Origin: Nitrosopumilus sp.
GTDB taxonomy: Archaea; Thermoproteota; Nitrososphaeria; Nitrososphaerales; Nitrosopumilaceae
Direction: 5' to 3'
Length of the DNA stretch: 64,000 nt
Assembly (NCBI GenBank): GCA_965214775.1
Contig: OZ243974.1
Span: 576,001 to 640,000 of the forward strand
Shown here piece by piece: positions 1 through 10,023 of the stretch. The notes under the pieces are model-generated. The model was not told the DNA's origin and ran no database searches. It saw only the letters and a list, made by a program, of their open reading frames with translations. Position 1 is the stretch's first letter; each line of letters begins with the position of its first letter. A program made the position numbers and the translations under genes.

Positions 1-114
1 CAGTTGAAGTTGTCCAAATTTGTTCCGCAATCGATCCATCTTTTTCCCCAAATACATGAAGTTTCAAACGCAATACGGAAACATTTTTGGGCATTCCGCA
101 GATCCCCAACAGTC

Positions 115-375
115 CAGTCTTCCCAGAAGTACGTGATTCATGACTGTGCAGGTGGCGGCGGGTGAACCTGCAGAGAGGTGATCCGAAATTAGAAACCGGG
201 CGAATTTTTCAAGTAATTTAACAGATAATCTGCATTTTGTTGATGTTTTGAGTCGTTTTATGCAAATTCATTCACAAATAATCAGAGTTTGCTAATTTCG
301 AATCAACTCTCAGGCGTCATAACTTGATTTGTTTCAAATCCGGGGCCGTTTTCTGGGTTACTTCTGGGAAGACTG
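115..375. mobile_element. MITE family A copy 1 (ISH3-like), with nested MITE B
   Basis: 17-bp TIR CAGTCTTCCCAGAAGTA/TACTTCTGGGAAGACTG; 5-bp TSD CAGTC at 110-114 and 376-380; 121 bp after removing the nested element and its duplication. Confidence 0.9.
174..310. mobile_element. MITE family B copy 1 (137 bp), nested in MITE A
   Basis: Imperfect TIR AGAGGTGATCCGAAATTAG/CTAATTTCGAATCAACTCT, flanked by CAG on both sides; homologous to 11058-11194. Confidence 0.85.
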
Positions 376-378
376 CAG

Positions 379-513
379 TCAGAACAACGTAAATAGCAGC
401 ATGGTTTTGAGCCCAAGGATTACATCGTGAACCGAAAGCGTCTTGTTTTTTGTGTCTGGCGCAAACGTGTTCTCAAACACCTTTTGGTCAGGTAGAGGTT
501 CCCGCAGTGTCAT
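379..513 (-). pseudogene. Truncated paralogue of small protein 10604-10825
   Basis: MTLREPLPDQKVFENTFAPDTKNKTLSVHDVILGLKTMLL vs MTLQDSSDKKTFKNTFAPHIKNETLSVHDVIAGLRTTLL; ends at the MITE edge. Confidence 0.55.
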
Positions 514-1152
514 CCCTTATTGTCTCCGACATTGGTTCTGGCCATGCTACCTTTCATAATGTACAACGCCAATCATGACGGCGCCGCATCCATGCCCAGT
601 TCCTTCCGTATCCGCTCGGCCAGAATGGTGATCCGAAATTAGAGACAGTATAAGACATGCATTAGAAGAAAAATTCTCAAATATGCTTGATGCGATTGAC
701 AAGATCAGAACTAAGAATGCTTCATCAGAGTATGTACTTGATGAAATAGGGGACATGCTACGCATGGGTTAATAAAATCTGGATTGTCATGTAATCCCAC
801 TTGTTTGTCATTTGTACATTTTTCTGAATTTTCGCTTCCCTTACACGTAATCCTGCTGGCATCTGTATGATTTTCAGGAGTTCTGATTTAGGCGACATCC
901 TCGGTATCAGGCTTGCCCACAAACTAAACATGCAGAATTGGCATCACCGGCCACACGTCATTACTCCCAACAGTTTCCCTTACTTTTCAGGTACCCTGAA
1001 TCCTGCGGGCATCTTGCACTTCTTTCCCAAAATCCCAAAAGCCACTCTCGATATAATCCAAAAATATCGTCAAAAAATATGACATGATTATTCAGGGCCG
1101 CGGCGATTCTACAAAATTATTTTCATGACTCTAAATCCCTCAAAATCTGACT

Positions 1153-1260
1153 CTGGAAATGGCTTTTCAAATACGAAGATGGATAATCGCGCCGTGCGGC
1201 TTGCCGGTCAGCTTGGACGCGACACTGGAAATGGCTTTTCAAATACGAAGATGGATAATC
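1153..1260. repeat. 36-bp direct repeat / 36-bp GC-rich spacer / 36-bp repeat
   Basis: CTGGAAATGGCTTTTCAAATACGAAGATGGATAATC at 1153-1188 and 1225-1260. Confidence 0.85.
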
Positions 1261-1810
1261 AGGATCAAAAGTGCAATTATAACAGCAAGAAAGTTTTGAC
1301 GCGTTCTAAATTCAATGACGGGGAGAAACACTGGGGGCGTATGATTTATCCTCGAATCTAAAACAAACCGACATGACATAATGTAGTCAGATTATCATCA
1401 GAAGAAATCATGATCATATCAATTAACGTCACATCACAGGGCCCTAGAGAATATTCCCCCCAGATGATATTATGACATCCAATGAGTGACTAGAAATTAC
1501 AGATTTTTGATTGCCAAAAGATTCAAAAGATTCCGGGATGTATGGTATAGCGTGACAGGATAGATAGGGAAATAGCCAATACCCTCAGATTTTGTAAACT
1601 CCGTGTTTTCATGGTCATTTGACTCCTGTCATGTTTTTGATAATTTGAGTCACCGGTGTGTTGAGGAGTCTGAGGGGAGGACTCCCTCAGTTGTGGTGCG
1701 GGGTTTCTGGGACTATAAACATGTCCCAGATCAAGGGGAGGAGGTGCCAGGGGCCCCCGTGGGGAGCCCATTCCGTCGGAATGTTTCGGCCCTCGATCTG
1801 GAATGATAGT

Positions 1811-1966
1811 ATGGAGTCTGAGGAAATTTTTCACTCAGGTAGAATCGAGGGACTGGGACGACTCTGACGTCCCGGAAGGTCGTGGGGATCAGGGACTCCC
1901 GTCAGGGGGCCCGGGCGTTTCCGGTTTCGTTTTTCGTGACTGTGTGGTGTAATGCGAGAGGTTCGG
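1811..1966. other. Conserved hairpin core of ICE origin-like module, copy 1
   Basis: CTGAG..CTCAG, GGGACG..CGTCCC and GC-rich hairpins plus GTAATGCGAG; homologous to 3113, 4088 and 34669. Confidence 0.75.
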
Positions 1967-1993
1967 TGTGTGGGAGTGGAAACCATAGGGCAA

Positions 1994-2236
1994 AAAATAG
2001 TGAAAGTATGGATCTGAAAAGTAGTGAAAATAGTGAAAGTATGGATCTGAAAAGTAGTGAAAATAGTGAAAGTATGGATCTGAAAAGTAGTGAAAATAGT
2101 GAAAGTATGGATCTGAAAAGTAGTGAAAATAGTGAAAGTATGGATCTGAAAAGTAGTGAAAATAGTGAAAGTATGGATCTGAAAAGTAGTGAAAATAGTG
2201 AAAGTATGGATCTGAAAAGTAGTGAAAATAGTGAAA
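1994..2236. repeat. 33-bp tandem repeat x7 (iteron/centromere-like)
   Basis: Unit AAAATAGTGAAAGTATGGATCTGAAAAGTAGTG. Confidence 0.95.
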
Positions 2237-2314
2237 ACAAAGATACAAAAAATTATGAAAATGGCAAGAATCATGAAATTAGACTGGTTTTAAATGAAAA
2301 ACAGATTGAAGGGC

Positions 2315-2587
2315 ATGACAGAAAAAAAGCAGTACAGAAGGGCGTACAGATACGGGAGCAGCACCGTCATTGTCATCCCAAAGAGCATGGTGGATGCCCA
2401 CGGTATCGAAAGCGGCCAGCTCGTCGAATTTGTGAATTTTGAGGATCGGATGGAACTGATCCCCGTACGGACCCAACACACTTCTTCAAAAGAAGGCAGC
2501 AAGACCAAGTACGACAGGGTCCTGGACGACATGATGGAAAAGGCGGATCTGCCTGCAGACAAGCTCAAAAAACTCCACATCAAATGA
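2315..2587 (+). CDS. AbrB/MazE/SpoVT-family DNA-binding protein
   Basis: YRRAYRYGSSTVIVIPKSMVDAHGIESGQLVEF swapped-hairpin pattern; paralogue of 35190-35486. Confidence 0.85.
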   Translation: MTEKKQYRRAYRYGSSTVIVIPKSMVDAHGIESGQLVEFVNFEDRMELIPVRTQHTSSKEGSKTKYDRVLDDMMEKADLPADKLKKLHIK

Positions 2588-2835
2588 CACCAGTCCTGAC
2601 ATCCGTCCCTCTTTTTCATCAAGGCCGGAGAGGATCTCGTGAACCTTTGGGTTCCTTGACCACACGTGACACTGCTCAAAGCCAAGTTTTTCCGCTTTGC
2701 CATGTTGTATCTGACATGCCCGGGACGGCTTTATCCGGAGCTGCGGACTCTGCTTTTAGGGCATCCTGCAACCACAGGCGACAAGGCCCCCGTCCTGTCC
2801 TTGGGAAGATGATCTCCCCGGATGATTCCTGTGAC
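2580..2835 (-). pseudogene. 3' remnant of VirD4-like gene (C-terminal domain)
   Basis: Nucleotide homology to 35479-35750, e.g. TCCTTGACCACACGTGACACTGCTCAAA. Confidence 0.8.
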
Positions 2836-3112
2836 AGTCAATAAGTGATTAAAAATTACAGATTTTTGGCGTGCAAAAGATTCAAAAGATTCCGAGACAC
2901 ATGATGTATCATGACAGGATAGAAAGGGAAATAGCCAATACCCTCAGAATTGATAAACTCTGTTTTTCATGTTCTTGATTCCTATCATGGTTCTTGATAT
3001 TCCTCCGGACATGACACTAATTTTGAAATCAATCATCCGGGGTTAACTGTAATGATTCCAGGTTGGCGGGCATGATTTCATCCTGTCTATCCAAAGACGA
3101 TTGTCTGATTCA

Positions 3113-3256
3113 ATGGGATATGAGGGAATTTTTCACTCAGGTAAAGATAAGGGACTGGGACGGTTCGGCGTCCCAGAAGGTTGTGGGGGATCAGGGGGCC
3201 CTTCAGGGGCCCTTGTGTTCTGGTTTTGTTTTTCGTGTTTTGTGAGGTAATGCGAG
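3113..3256. other. Conserved hairpin core, copy 2
   Basis: CTGGGACG-GTTCGG-CGTCCCAG, GGGCCC hairpin, GTAATGCGAG. Confidence 0.75.
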
Positions 3257-3290
3257 TCGAAAGTCCGTTACTGGCCCTCGGAGATTGGGG

Positions 3291-3432
3291 CCTTTGGCAC
3301 CATTTTTTGGCGCCTTTGGCCCCTGTAAGATAGGTACCAAACGCACCTTTGGCACCATTTTTTGGCGCCTTTGGCCCCTGTAAGATAGGTACCAAACGCA
3401 CCTTTGGCACCATTTTTTGGCGCCTTTGGCAC
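3291..3432. repeat. 55-bp tandem repeat x2.6 with internal TTTGGC motifs
   Basis: Unit CCTTTGGCACCATTTTTTGGCGCCTTTGGCCCCTGTAAGATAGGTACCAAACGCA. Confidence 0.95.
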
Positions 3433-3468
3433 CGAGTCTTAAATGAATATCCAACATTTGCTGACGGC

Positions 3469-3777
3469 ATGGAAAAAATACATGAGCGAAGGCTCCGCAT
3501 CAAGGACAACTCTTCATTTTTTGTGGTCGTTCCGTCCGTGATGGTACAAAGCCTGGGTTTGAGACCAGGCGAGCACATACGGTTCCACGACCTTGGCGGC
3601 AAAGTTGTGCTAACACCCGGTGGAAAGAGCCTGTCAAAAAAGGACCTCACAGACATTGACCGATATGAGCGGGCCTTTGATGAGGCAATGAGGGAAGGCA
3701 GACAAAAGAACGAAGGCTCCCCCGCCGGAGAGGCCGCCCCTAGGACGAGCGCCTTGGAAAAGTTCAGGATCAAATAG
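3469..3777 (+). CDS. AbrB/MazE/SpoVT-family DNA-binding protein
   Basis: RRLRIKDNSSFFVVVPSVMVQSLGLRPGEHIRF; start reassigned to MEKIHE. Confidence 0.85.
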   Translation: MEKIHERRLRIKDNSSFFVVVPSVMVQSLGLRPGEHIRFHDLGGKVVLTPGGKSLSKKDLTDIDRYERAFDEAMREGRQKNEGSPAGEAAPRTSALEKFRIK

Positions 3778-3915
3778 ACATCAGCCTTACGTCTCTTTTC
3801 TCCTCATCCTCAAGGGAGACGTGAACCTGGTGTATATTGGGACTTTTGAACCATATGTGACGCCTGCCAGACCCCGTCTTTTCCCACTTTGTCATGTTGT
3901 ACCTTACGTGCTCCC
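3770..3915 (-). pseudogene. 3' remnant of VirD4-like gene
   Basis: EHVRYNMTKW...HIWFKSPNIHQV matches EHVRYNMTKW...HVWSRSPKIHKI at 35479-35630. Confidence 0.85.
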
Positions 3916-4087
3916 AATGGCTGTTTACAACTCTGTTTCTCATGTTTTGGTTCCTGCCATGTTTTCTGACAGTTTCGGCCCCTTCCCCAGACATGACATA
4001 ATTATGAAATCTTGAGATTAGTCCTCTGATTAATCGTAATGATTTCAGCCAGCGAGGATATCTCGGCCCTCGATCCGGAATGACAGT

Positions 4088-4290
4088 GTGGGGTCTGAGG
4101 AAGTTCTTCACACATGTAAATATAAGGGACGGGACGACTCACGTCCCAGAAGGCTGTGGGGGGTCAGGGGCCTCGTTGAGGGCCCCGGGCATCCTGGTCT
4201 TGTTTTTTGGAAAATCACGTGGTAATGCGAGTCAGCCTGCCACGAATGTCTTTGCAAAGCTTGCAAGGTTTTTTTGCAAAGCTTGCAAAA
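4088..4290. other. Conserved hairpin core, copy 3, with TTTGCAAAGCTTGCAA repeat x2
   Basis: Homology to the other cores; two palindromic repeats at 4251-4290; no AbrB gene follows. Confidence 0.7.
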
Positions 4291-4660
4291 ACGTGCCCTG
4301 AGTTTGTTTCAAGCTCTGAATGCATGTAACTTGTACAAAAAACATGGCCCAGAGTCATCTGCGGGCACAGCAGTGGGGCAGTCGTGTCCAGCGTCCCAAA
4401 GAGACTTGCATACAAGCTGTGGCTTGGAGCATAGAGGGGGGAGGGGTTTCTCCTGGCGGGCGGTGTGGACGGCACGACAATGGCAAAGCCGATGAAGGCA
4501 AGGCTTGCAAAAAAGGATCTCAAGACGGGCGGTGTGGACGGCGCGCCCTCAAAGGCGCGGGACAGGCCCAGACACGACAATTCCTTTGATGATCCCGGCT
4601 TTGATCCGCTCTCAAGGCCGGAGATCAAATGATGATTACACATGCAACGATTGCCAGTAG

Positions 4661-4755
4661 CAGGGAAGAAAAGTTCCCGCTAGTGGGCTACTGTAGTCCA
4701 CTACAGGGAAGAAAAGTTCCCGCTAGTGGGCTACTGTAGTCCACTACAGGGAAGA
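4661..4755. repeat. 43-bp tandem duplication of a double hairpin
   Basis: CAGGGAAGAAAAGTTCCCGCTAGTGGGCTACTGTAGTCCACTA x2. Confidence 0.9.
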
Positions 4756-5000
4756 TTGCGGTGTTGCGTTGCGGTCATCCGGCTCGGCCTATGACGCTTT
4801 AGGAAAATCCCCACCGCTGTCTGCCCGAGGAGAACTCACAGGATAAACGCAGATATCATTGGGAGATAGTCAAGGTAAGAGCTTGCCCCCTCCCCGGGAT
4901 GCGATGTGGGGACATGATCATCAAGACCCCGGCAGGCAGTGCCGCCCGGGGGCAATCTCCCACTATCAGTGATCCTTGGTCCTCTTGGCAGGGGATCCGT

Positions 5001-5078
5001 TAGACTTATGCATATTTGCCAAAAATGACGTAAAAACTGCATGATTTTTTTGATCTGCACTGATTACGCCAATGTCTG
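5001..5078. mobile_element. MITE family C (degenerate copy)
   Basis: Homologous to 30406-30485. Confidence 0.75.
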
Positions 5079-5251
5079 TTAGGCGACAGCCCCGCTGTTG
5101 CCACAAAAATCCCAAAACACCTCTCTGACATCAAAATTGCACCTAACCCTCGCAATCGTGAGTTATCACGCACATTCACATTTTATATGCAATACCACGC
5201 ACAAGCAATCAATGGTATGTTTTCCTATACCTGCACAATTATTCCAACTAT

Positions 5252-6310
5252 GTGATGACGATGAGTGAGACGGTCAGTTTTGATACCTTTGCAGATAGGG
5301 AGTTTGAGCAGGGATTCCTGAACATAATAAGCCATGGCTCAAAAGACAATACATACAAGTTTGCCTTGGCACGATTCCTGCTTGATTACAGCAGAGATAA
5401 AACCGATGCACATGTGGATTTTGCCGATATTGCAAAATACTTTCTAGAGTATTACTGGAATCAGATATGTAAGATGAAGATGAAACATGCCCCTCAGGCA
5501 ACAAAAAAGCCGCAGATTGTAAGGATCATAGAAAAAGAGTTTCCAAAAAAATACTATCCCGATACATTTAGAGAGATATGTAGGAAGGAGGAATATGAAG
5601 AAAACATCCAAAAGTGCGTAAAACGTATTGAAAAATCGTGCTTTCACAACGTTATTTGGAGGTTCCAGAGAATCAAGGTCGGCAGGGCAACAGAGGTCAG
5701 GATGTTCTTTGACTATAGGATCTCCAGGAAGATACATGACAACAAACGGTACGTTGATCTTGACTATGGCATAAACCTGAATCCCGACGCCATTGAATTC
5801 TTCAGACGACATAACGCGGTTCTTCTCAAGGCGGTGATTCTTGAATGGGCAAAGTTCCTAGAAAAACTCAACGTCGGTCTCCCAAAGTTAATCGTAAAAA
5901 CCGAAGGAAAAAACATGAAAAGGGGCAGCCTGACAAGATTTCGAAGGATACTCAATCCGTTCTTCACTGAATGCTTTTATTGTGGAAAGCAGCTGTCAGA
6001 TGGAAGGAAGACGCATGTGGAACATGTCATTCCGTTTGACTATATTGCAGAAGACGACATCTGGAATCTCACACTGGTCTGCCGGCGATGCAACTTGCAA
6101 AAGCTTGGGGCGCTACCGCCCAAAAAGTACATAGACGATCTGGTTAGGCGAAACCAAGATCACAAGGAGCGTATACCACAGTTGAAAAAATCCCTTACCC
6201 GGCTTGACCAGGACTTTGAGAGGGTAGTCAAAAACCATTATGAGAATGCAAAGTCACACGGATACATGATCCTGAAGAGCCTGCCTTTGGAAAAAATCCC
6301 CAATACTTAG
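5252..6310 (+). CDS. HNH endonuclease (McrA-like, putative restriction/defence)
   Basis: N-terminal TYKFAL; CFYCG..HVEHVIP..NLTLVCRRCNLQK. Confidence 0.9.
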   Translation: MMTMSETVSFDTFADREFEQGFLNIISHGSKDNTYKFALARFLLDYSRDKTDAHVDFADIAKYFLEYYWNQICKMKMKHAPQATKKPQIVRIIEKEFPKKYYPDTFREICRKEEYEENIQKCVKRIEKSCFHNVIWRFQRIKVGRATEVRMFFDYRISRKIHDNKRYVDLDYGINLNPDAIEFFRRHNAVLLKAVILEWAKFLEKLNVGLPKLIVKTEGKNMKRGSLTRFRRILNPFFTECFYCGKQLSDGRKTHVEHVIPFDYIAEDDIWNLTLVCRRCNLQKLGALPPKKYIDDLVRRNQDHKERIPQLKKSLTRLDQDFERVVKNHYENAKSHGYMILKSLPLEKIPNT

Positions 6311-6658
6311 TTTGACGTATATAATAATTGCGAGTAACTGATGAGCCTGCCCTGTTTCATGACTGATTCCGGGTCGCTTGGCTCGTCTTTGATGTATATC
6401 CACTTGCCTTCCAGACGTACAAATTGGTCATATACAAATTCGTGCATAGTTGAAGGGGCAGGAGGTGGCCGCATACGTAAAAAGCTCAGACTCAAAACAT
6501 ACTGATCATCAGCCTGTATGGATGCCAGTCAGTCCGAGATCATGCGGTACGCGCACGATGCCAGGTCCCTGTCCGTGTGCCTGTCCAGGTCATCCTTGCA
6601 GACAGGACACCTTTTGTTGCCGTTCATGCACACAAGACGCGGGCACCATAAAAGGGCC

Positions 6659-7915
6659 CTATTTGGCGTCTGGCTCTATCCTTTTTGCAAGCTGCTCCAC
6701 CATGAGGCGCAGGTCGGCAATCTCCGCGCCCTTTTCGTCCTCCAGACTCGCTATCCTCCGGGCCTGCGCGTCGTTTTCCATGCGCAGCCTAGCCGCGTCA
6801 TCCAGTGTGAGGGCCGGCACCACCTGCAGGTACTCCTCGGCAAGCTCCAGCGTGTGGGTCTTGAAGTAGTTGCGGTCAAGCTTTACCAGCCCGGAGTGGC
6901 CCATCATGTACTCCTTTTTGATCAGGCTGGACAGCGGGGACTCCCGGGAGGAGGCCTCCTTGCACGTCTTGTTCCAGAACCGCCTGAATCCGTTGGTCAT
7001 CGGGACGTCGTGCCTGCGCGTTTTGTTGCTTCTGGAGCCGGATCTGTCGCGTAGCCCCGACCTTGTCAGCACGCCGAGTATGTGCTTTTTTATCATGACC
7101 ATCGACAGCCTTCTCGGGAGGCAGCCGGATCCGACAAACAGGGGATCGCCGGGGAGCGGCCTTCGCCCAATCCTGTCGGCACACTCTGCACGATAGTCGC
7201 CTAGCGCCGCATACGCCTCCGGCGTGATGAAGGCAGGATAGCTCTCGCCGGATCCGCGGTATATCTGCAGCTTTGCGCAGACAGGGTTCCCTGCACCGTC
7301 CCGTTCCCTGCCGTCTGCTGCATCCCCCATCTCAAGTGTACCGTCCTGCGTCCTGTATACTGGAACAAGATCCCTCCATTCGAGCCCTTCAAAGCCCCCT
7401 ATCCTGATCCCGGAGCTTGCGGCCACCAGTATGATTGCACGCTCAAGCGGCCCCCGGCAGAACCTGAGCATCTTCTGCACCTCGGCGCGCGTCCATCCGC
7501 GGGAGGCATACGAGGGGCCTGCGTCCTCCGGAAACGTGGCGTATATGCGCTTCCACGGGATCACGACATCGTTCATCTCCAGCAGCTTCTTGACCGGCTT
7601 GAAGTATCCGCCAAACGAGACGGGGTTGAGGTACTCCGGGCTGTCAGGCGCAAGCCTGGTCCGCTCAAGCAGCTTGCGCGAGAGGCTCAGCAGCAGGTCG
7701 CGCACCCACGTCGGATCCTCCCGGCCGTATTGTACCAGCTGCTCCACCCTTCCCTCAAAGTCGCCTTCCAGTATGTCCTCGAGCATGCCGCAGAGCACCT
7801 GGCGCAGCGTGCGGGTGTATTTCTCGCGCGTCTCCTCTGCCTTGATCCCCTGGTTGAACAGGGCAAGCGGGGCGGCCTGCCCCACCCTCTCGAATTCCTC
7901 CATCGCAAGCTTCAT
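6659..7915 (-). CDS. Tyrosine recombinase/integrase
   Basis: SSGIRIG, NGFRRF, MMGH and RNY catalytic motifs; C-terminal coiled coil. Confidence 0.9.
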   Translation of the reverse strand: MKLAMEEFERVGQAAPLALFNQGIKAEETREKYTRTLRQVLCGMLEDILEGDFEGRVEQLVQYGREDPTWVRDLLLSLSRKLLERTRLAPDSPEYLNPVSFGGYFKPVKKLLEMNDVVIPWKRIYATFPEDAGPSYASRGWTRAEVQKMLRFCRGPLERAIILVAASSGIRIGGFEGLEWRDLVPVYRTQDGTLEMGDAADGRERDGAGNPVCAKLQIYRGSGESYPAFITPEAYAALGDYRAECADRIGRRPLPGDPLFVGSGCLPRRLSMVMIKKHILGVLTRSGLRDRSGSRSNKTRRHDVPMTNGFRRFWNKTCKEASSRESPLSSLIKKEYMMGHSGLVKLDRNYFKTHTLELAEEYLQVVPALTLDDAARLRMENDAQARRIASLEDEKGAEIADLRLMVEQLAKRIEPDAK

Positions 7916-7957
7916 CCCATTTCCATATTCCTGGAACGCATAAAAGGTACAATATAG

Positions 7958-7972
7958 TGGTGGACCGGAAGG
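7958..7972 (-). other. Putative att site (tRNA 3'-end fragment)
   Basis: Reverse complement CCTTCCGGTCCACCA ends in CCA and lies directly upstream of the integrase. Confidence 0.5.
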
Positions 7973-8259
7973 TTTTCGCGGTTCTCAAACGATGAAACCC
8001 CGCCAAATTCGGGTCTCATCAAGATGCTCGCTCTGTGTATGGATGCGTCTGTTTAAAATTGTTTTGGATTGCAGTCTTTCCAGAAGTTCCCCACAAGACG
8101 GTTCCACATTCGAAACGGTTCAAGCCAAGCTGCCTGCAAATCCACATGTAGCCGTCGGCACCATCATGGGTCGGATACGTTTGGGAAGACTGGACAAAGA
8201 CGAATCGCTAATAGTTAAAAAGAAGCATGGCCAACTAATGATCTTAGTGGTGTGCAAAA

Positions 8260-8475
8260 ATGGAGAGCCAGACCTTGTCTAAACTGTTCAAGAATCCTGC
8301 GCATAAGAGGGGCTGGAGCAACGAATACACTACTGCAGAAAAACTGGCCACATACTATGATCGCGGTCTCTTCGAGCTTGACGAGCTTGAGCCCGAAGCT
8401 GTTGAACCCGTAAGGCAGGCCATCAAGGAATGGGACGCAAGAGTCGACGCGCACTATGCAGAACATGGCGACTGA
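8260..8475 (+). CDS. Small hypothetical protein
   Basis: Plausible helical 71-aa ORF. Confidence 0.5.
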   Translation: MESQTLSKLFKNPAHKRGWSNEYTTAEKLATYYDRGLFELDELEPEAVEPVRQAIKEWDARVDAHYAEHGD

Positions 8476-8638
8476 GACGGGTCTTGCCGGGGTTGTCGCC
8501 TAATTCGTCAGAATTCGTGAGAACCATCTGGATGCCATATGGCTCAGGCGTGCAGAGGGGCGGAAATCCAGAAGAACGTGCAGGTTGAGTTAAGCAAGTG
8601 GAATTACGCGACAATCTCGGTAGGGACTGGACAGGGCC

Positions 8639-9187
8639 TCAAGGTTTTGTCTGCATGCCCCATGACAGCAGGTCCATGTGGCTTTCAACGTCAAGATACT
8701 TTAGTATTATTCCATCCAAAATACCATGGCATCTTTTGCAAAAATACTCGTGCATCGTTTTGTCAGTCAGTATCATGTATTTTTTGTCGGCCTCTGCCTT
8801 GCTTAGCAGATAGCAATCGCTTAGAACTTCGTGAAATGTACCAAGATTCTTATCATGTGTGCCGGATTTTACCATTCCCAGAATTTCCCTCTTGTCTGGT
8901 TTTCTTGCGTCCAACCCCACATGTTTGGCTGATTCCAACACGGCTTGTAGTTTATCGTCGCATGCAAAGCCGTTTTTCAACTTCCTGGCTTCCAATTGGT
9001 CTTTTTCATATTCGCGTCTGTTGTGACGGGACGCAATGTCAAACTCAAAAGGGCCGGAATATTCCCCGTCTAGGCGTTGCAGCATCACACAATCCTTGAT
9101 CAGTTCAATGGAGTTTTCCCTGCTGCACCAGTTTCTGGCAATGGTTTCCTTTGCATCATGCCTCAGCGTGGCTTTTTCCGGGTTCAA
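8639..9187 (-). CDS. Hypothetical protein, possible PD-(D/E)xK-like fold
   Basis: FEFDIAS...GMVKS..DCYLL..MILTD pattern. Confidence 0.55.
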   Translation of the reverse strand: MNPEKATLRHDAKETIARNWCSRENSIELIKDCVMLQRLDGEYSGPFEFDIASRHNRREYEKDQLEARKLKNGFACDDKLQAVLESAKHVGLDARKPDKREILGMVKSGTHDKNLGTFHEVLSDCYLLSKAEADKKYMILTDKTMHEYFCKRCHGILDGIILKYLDVESHMDLLSWGMQTKP

Positions 9188-9619
9188 TACGGCCGTTTTA
9201 CTCTGCAGTCTACCAGCATAAATGATTATTGCAATTCTGTCGGTATAAGATGATATGGTAAACGCGATGAATAACTGTTTATGTTTGAGGTCTTGGTATC
9301 TCGTTTACTTGGAAGTTGTTCTTGTTCGGAATCTACCCTGATTGATCTGTTTTGGTTTTGAGCCATTTTTGGAGTCATCTGGGAAGACTGATCCTGTGAT
9401 CCAACATTACTGTTGGGCCTGGGGTTGATTTCAACTTGCCGAATCAAAGGATGTATGCTACTGAGACTGCTTGATCCTTGCAAGCCTGCCAAGCTCGTCC
9501 TCTATTGCGTCCTGTACCTCTTCGGGCAGATCCTCGGAGTGGATGAGGGTTGTCCGCAGCCCTGACACTATGACCTGAACGTCCAGCGTCTCGTTTCTTA
9601 TGTGGGGCGCAATACAATG

Positions 9620-9892
9620 TCAGTCCCTGCCGTAGGCCGACTTGTGATCGCACACCCTTAGAAACTCTATCGTGTCACTGTTCCAGTCAACATTGTATAT
9701 TATCCTGTACTTGTTTCCCACATCATATGCAAACACCCTTTTGCTCTGTTTATATCTGCCCAGACGCGCCGGGTTTTCAGACACTCTTAGTTCCTGTATG
9801 GCATGATTTACCCTTTTCCTGATTTGAGGGTCAAGATTTTTGTACTGTCTGAGAAACTTTGTCTTTCTTGTAGCGTCCCAAATGTCTCTCAA
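9620..9892 (-). CDS. RelE/ParE-family toxin
   Basis: KFLRQYKNLDPQIRKRV..NP..YRIIY..IEFLRVCDHKSAY. Confidence 0.9.
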   Translation of the reverse strand: MRDIWDATRKTKFLRQYKNLDPQIRKRVNHAIQELRVSENPARLGRYKQSKRVFAYDVGNKYRIIYNVDWNSDTIEFLRVCDHKSAYGRD

Positions 9893-10023
9893 GACTCTTC
9901 CTTGAGCTCTTTCATGAACTCATCAAAAGGCAATGTCTTCTTGCCTTTGTCATCTGCATAAAACTCGTCGATGTCCCTGACCTCATCGGGGGTTAGATCA
10001 TCAACGTTCCTTGTCTCTGACAT
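9889..10023 (-). CDS. Putative antitoxin (44 aa, acidic)
   Basis: MSETRNVDDLTPDEVRDIDEFYADDKGKKTLPFDEFMKELKEES; its stop overlaps the toxin TTG start; absent from the ORF track. Confidence 0.75.
   Translation of the reverse strand: MSETRNVDDLTPDEVRDIDEFYADDKGKKTLPFDEFMKELKEES

Noticed and set aside
1831-2442. Repetitive ORFs in four frames over the 33-bp repeat
   Set aside because: Products of a stop-free tandem repeat; the equivalent positions in sister modules hold unrelated repeats
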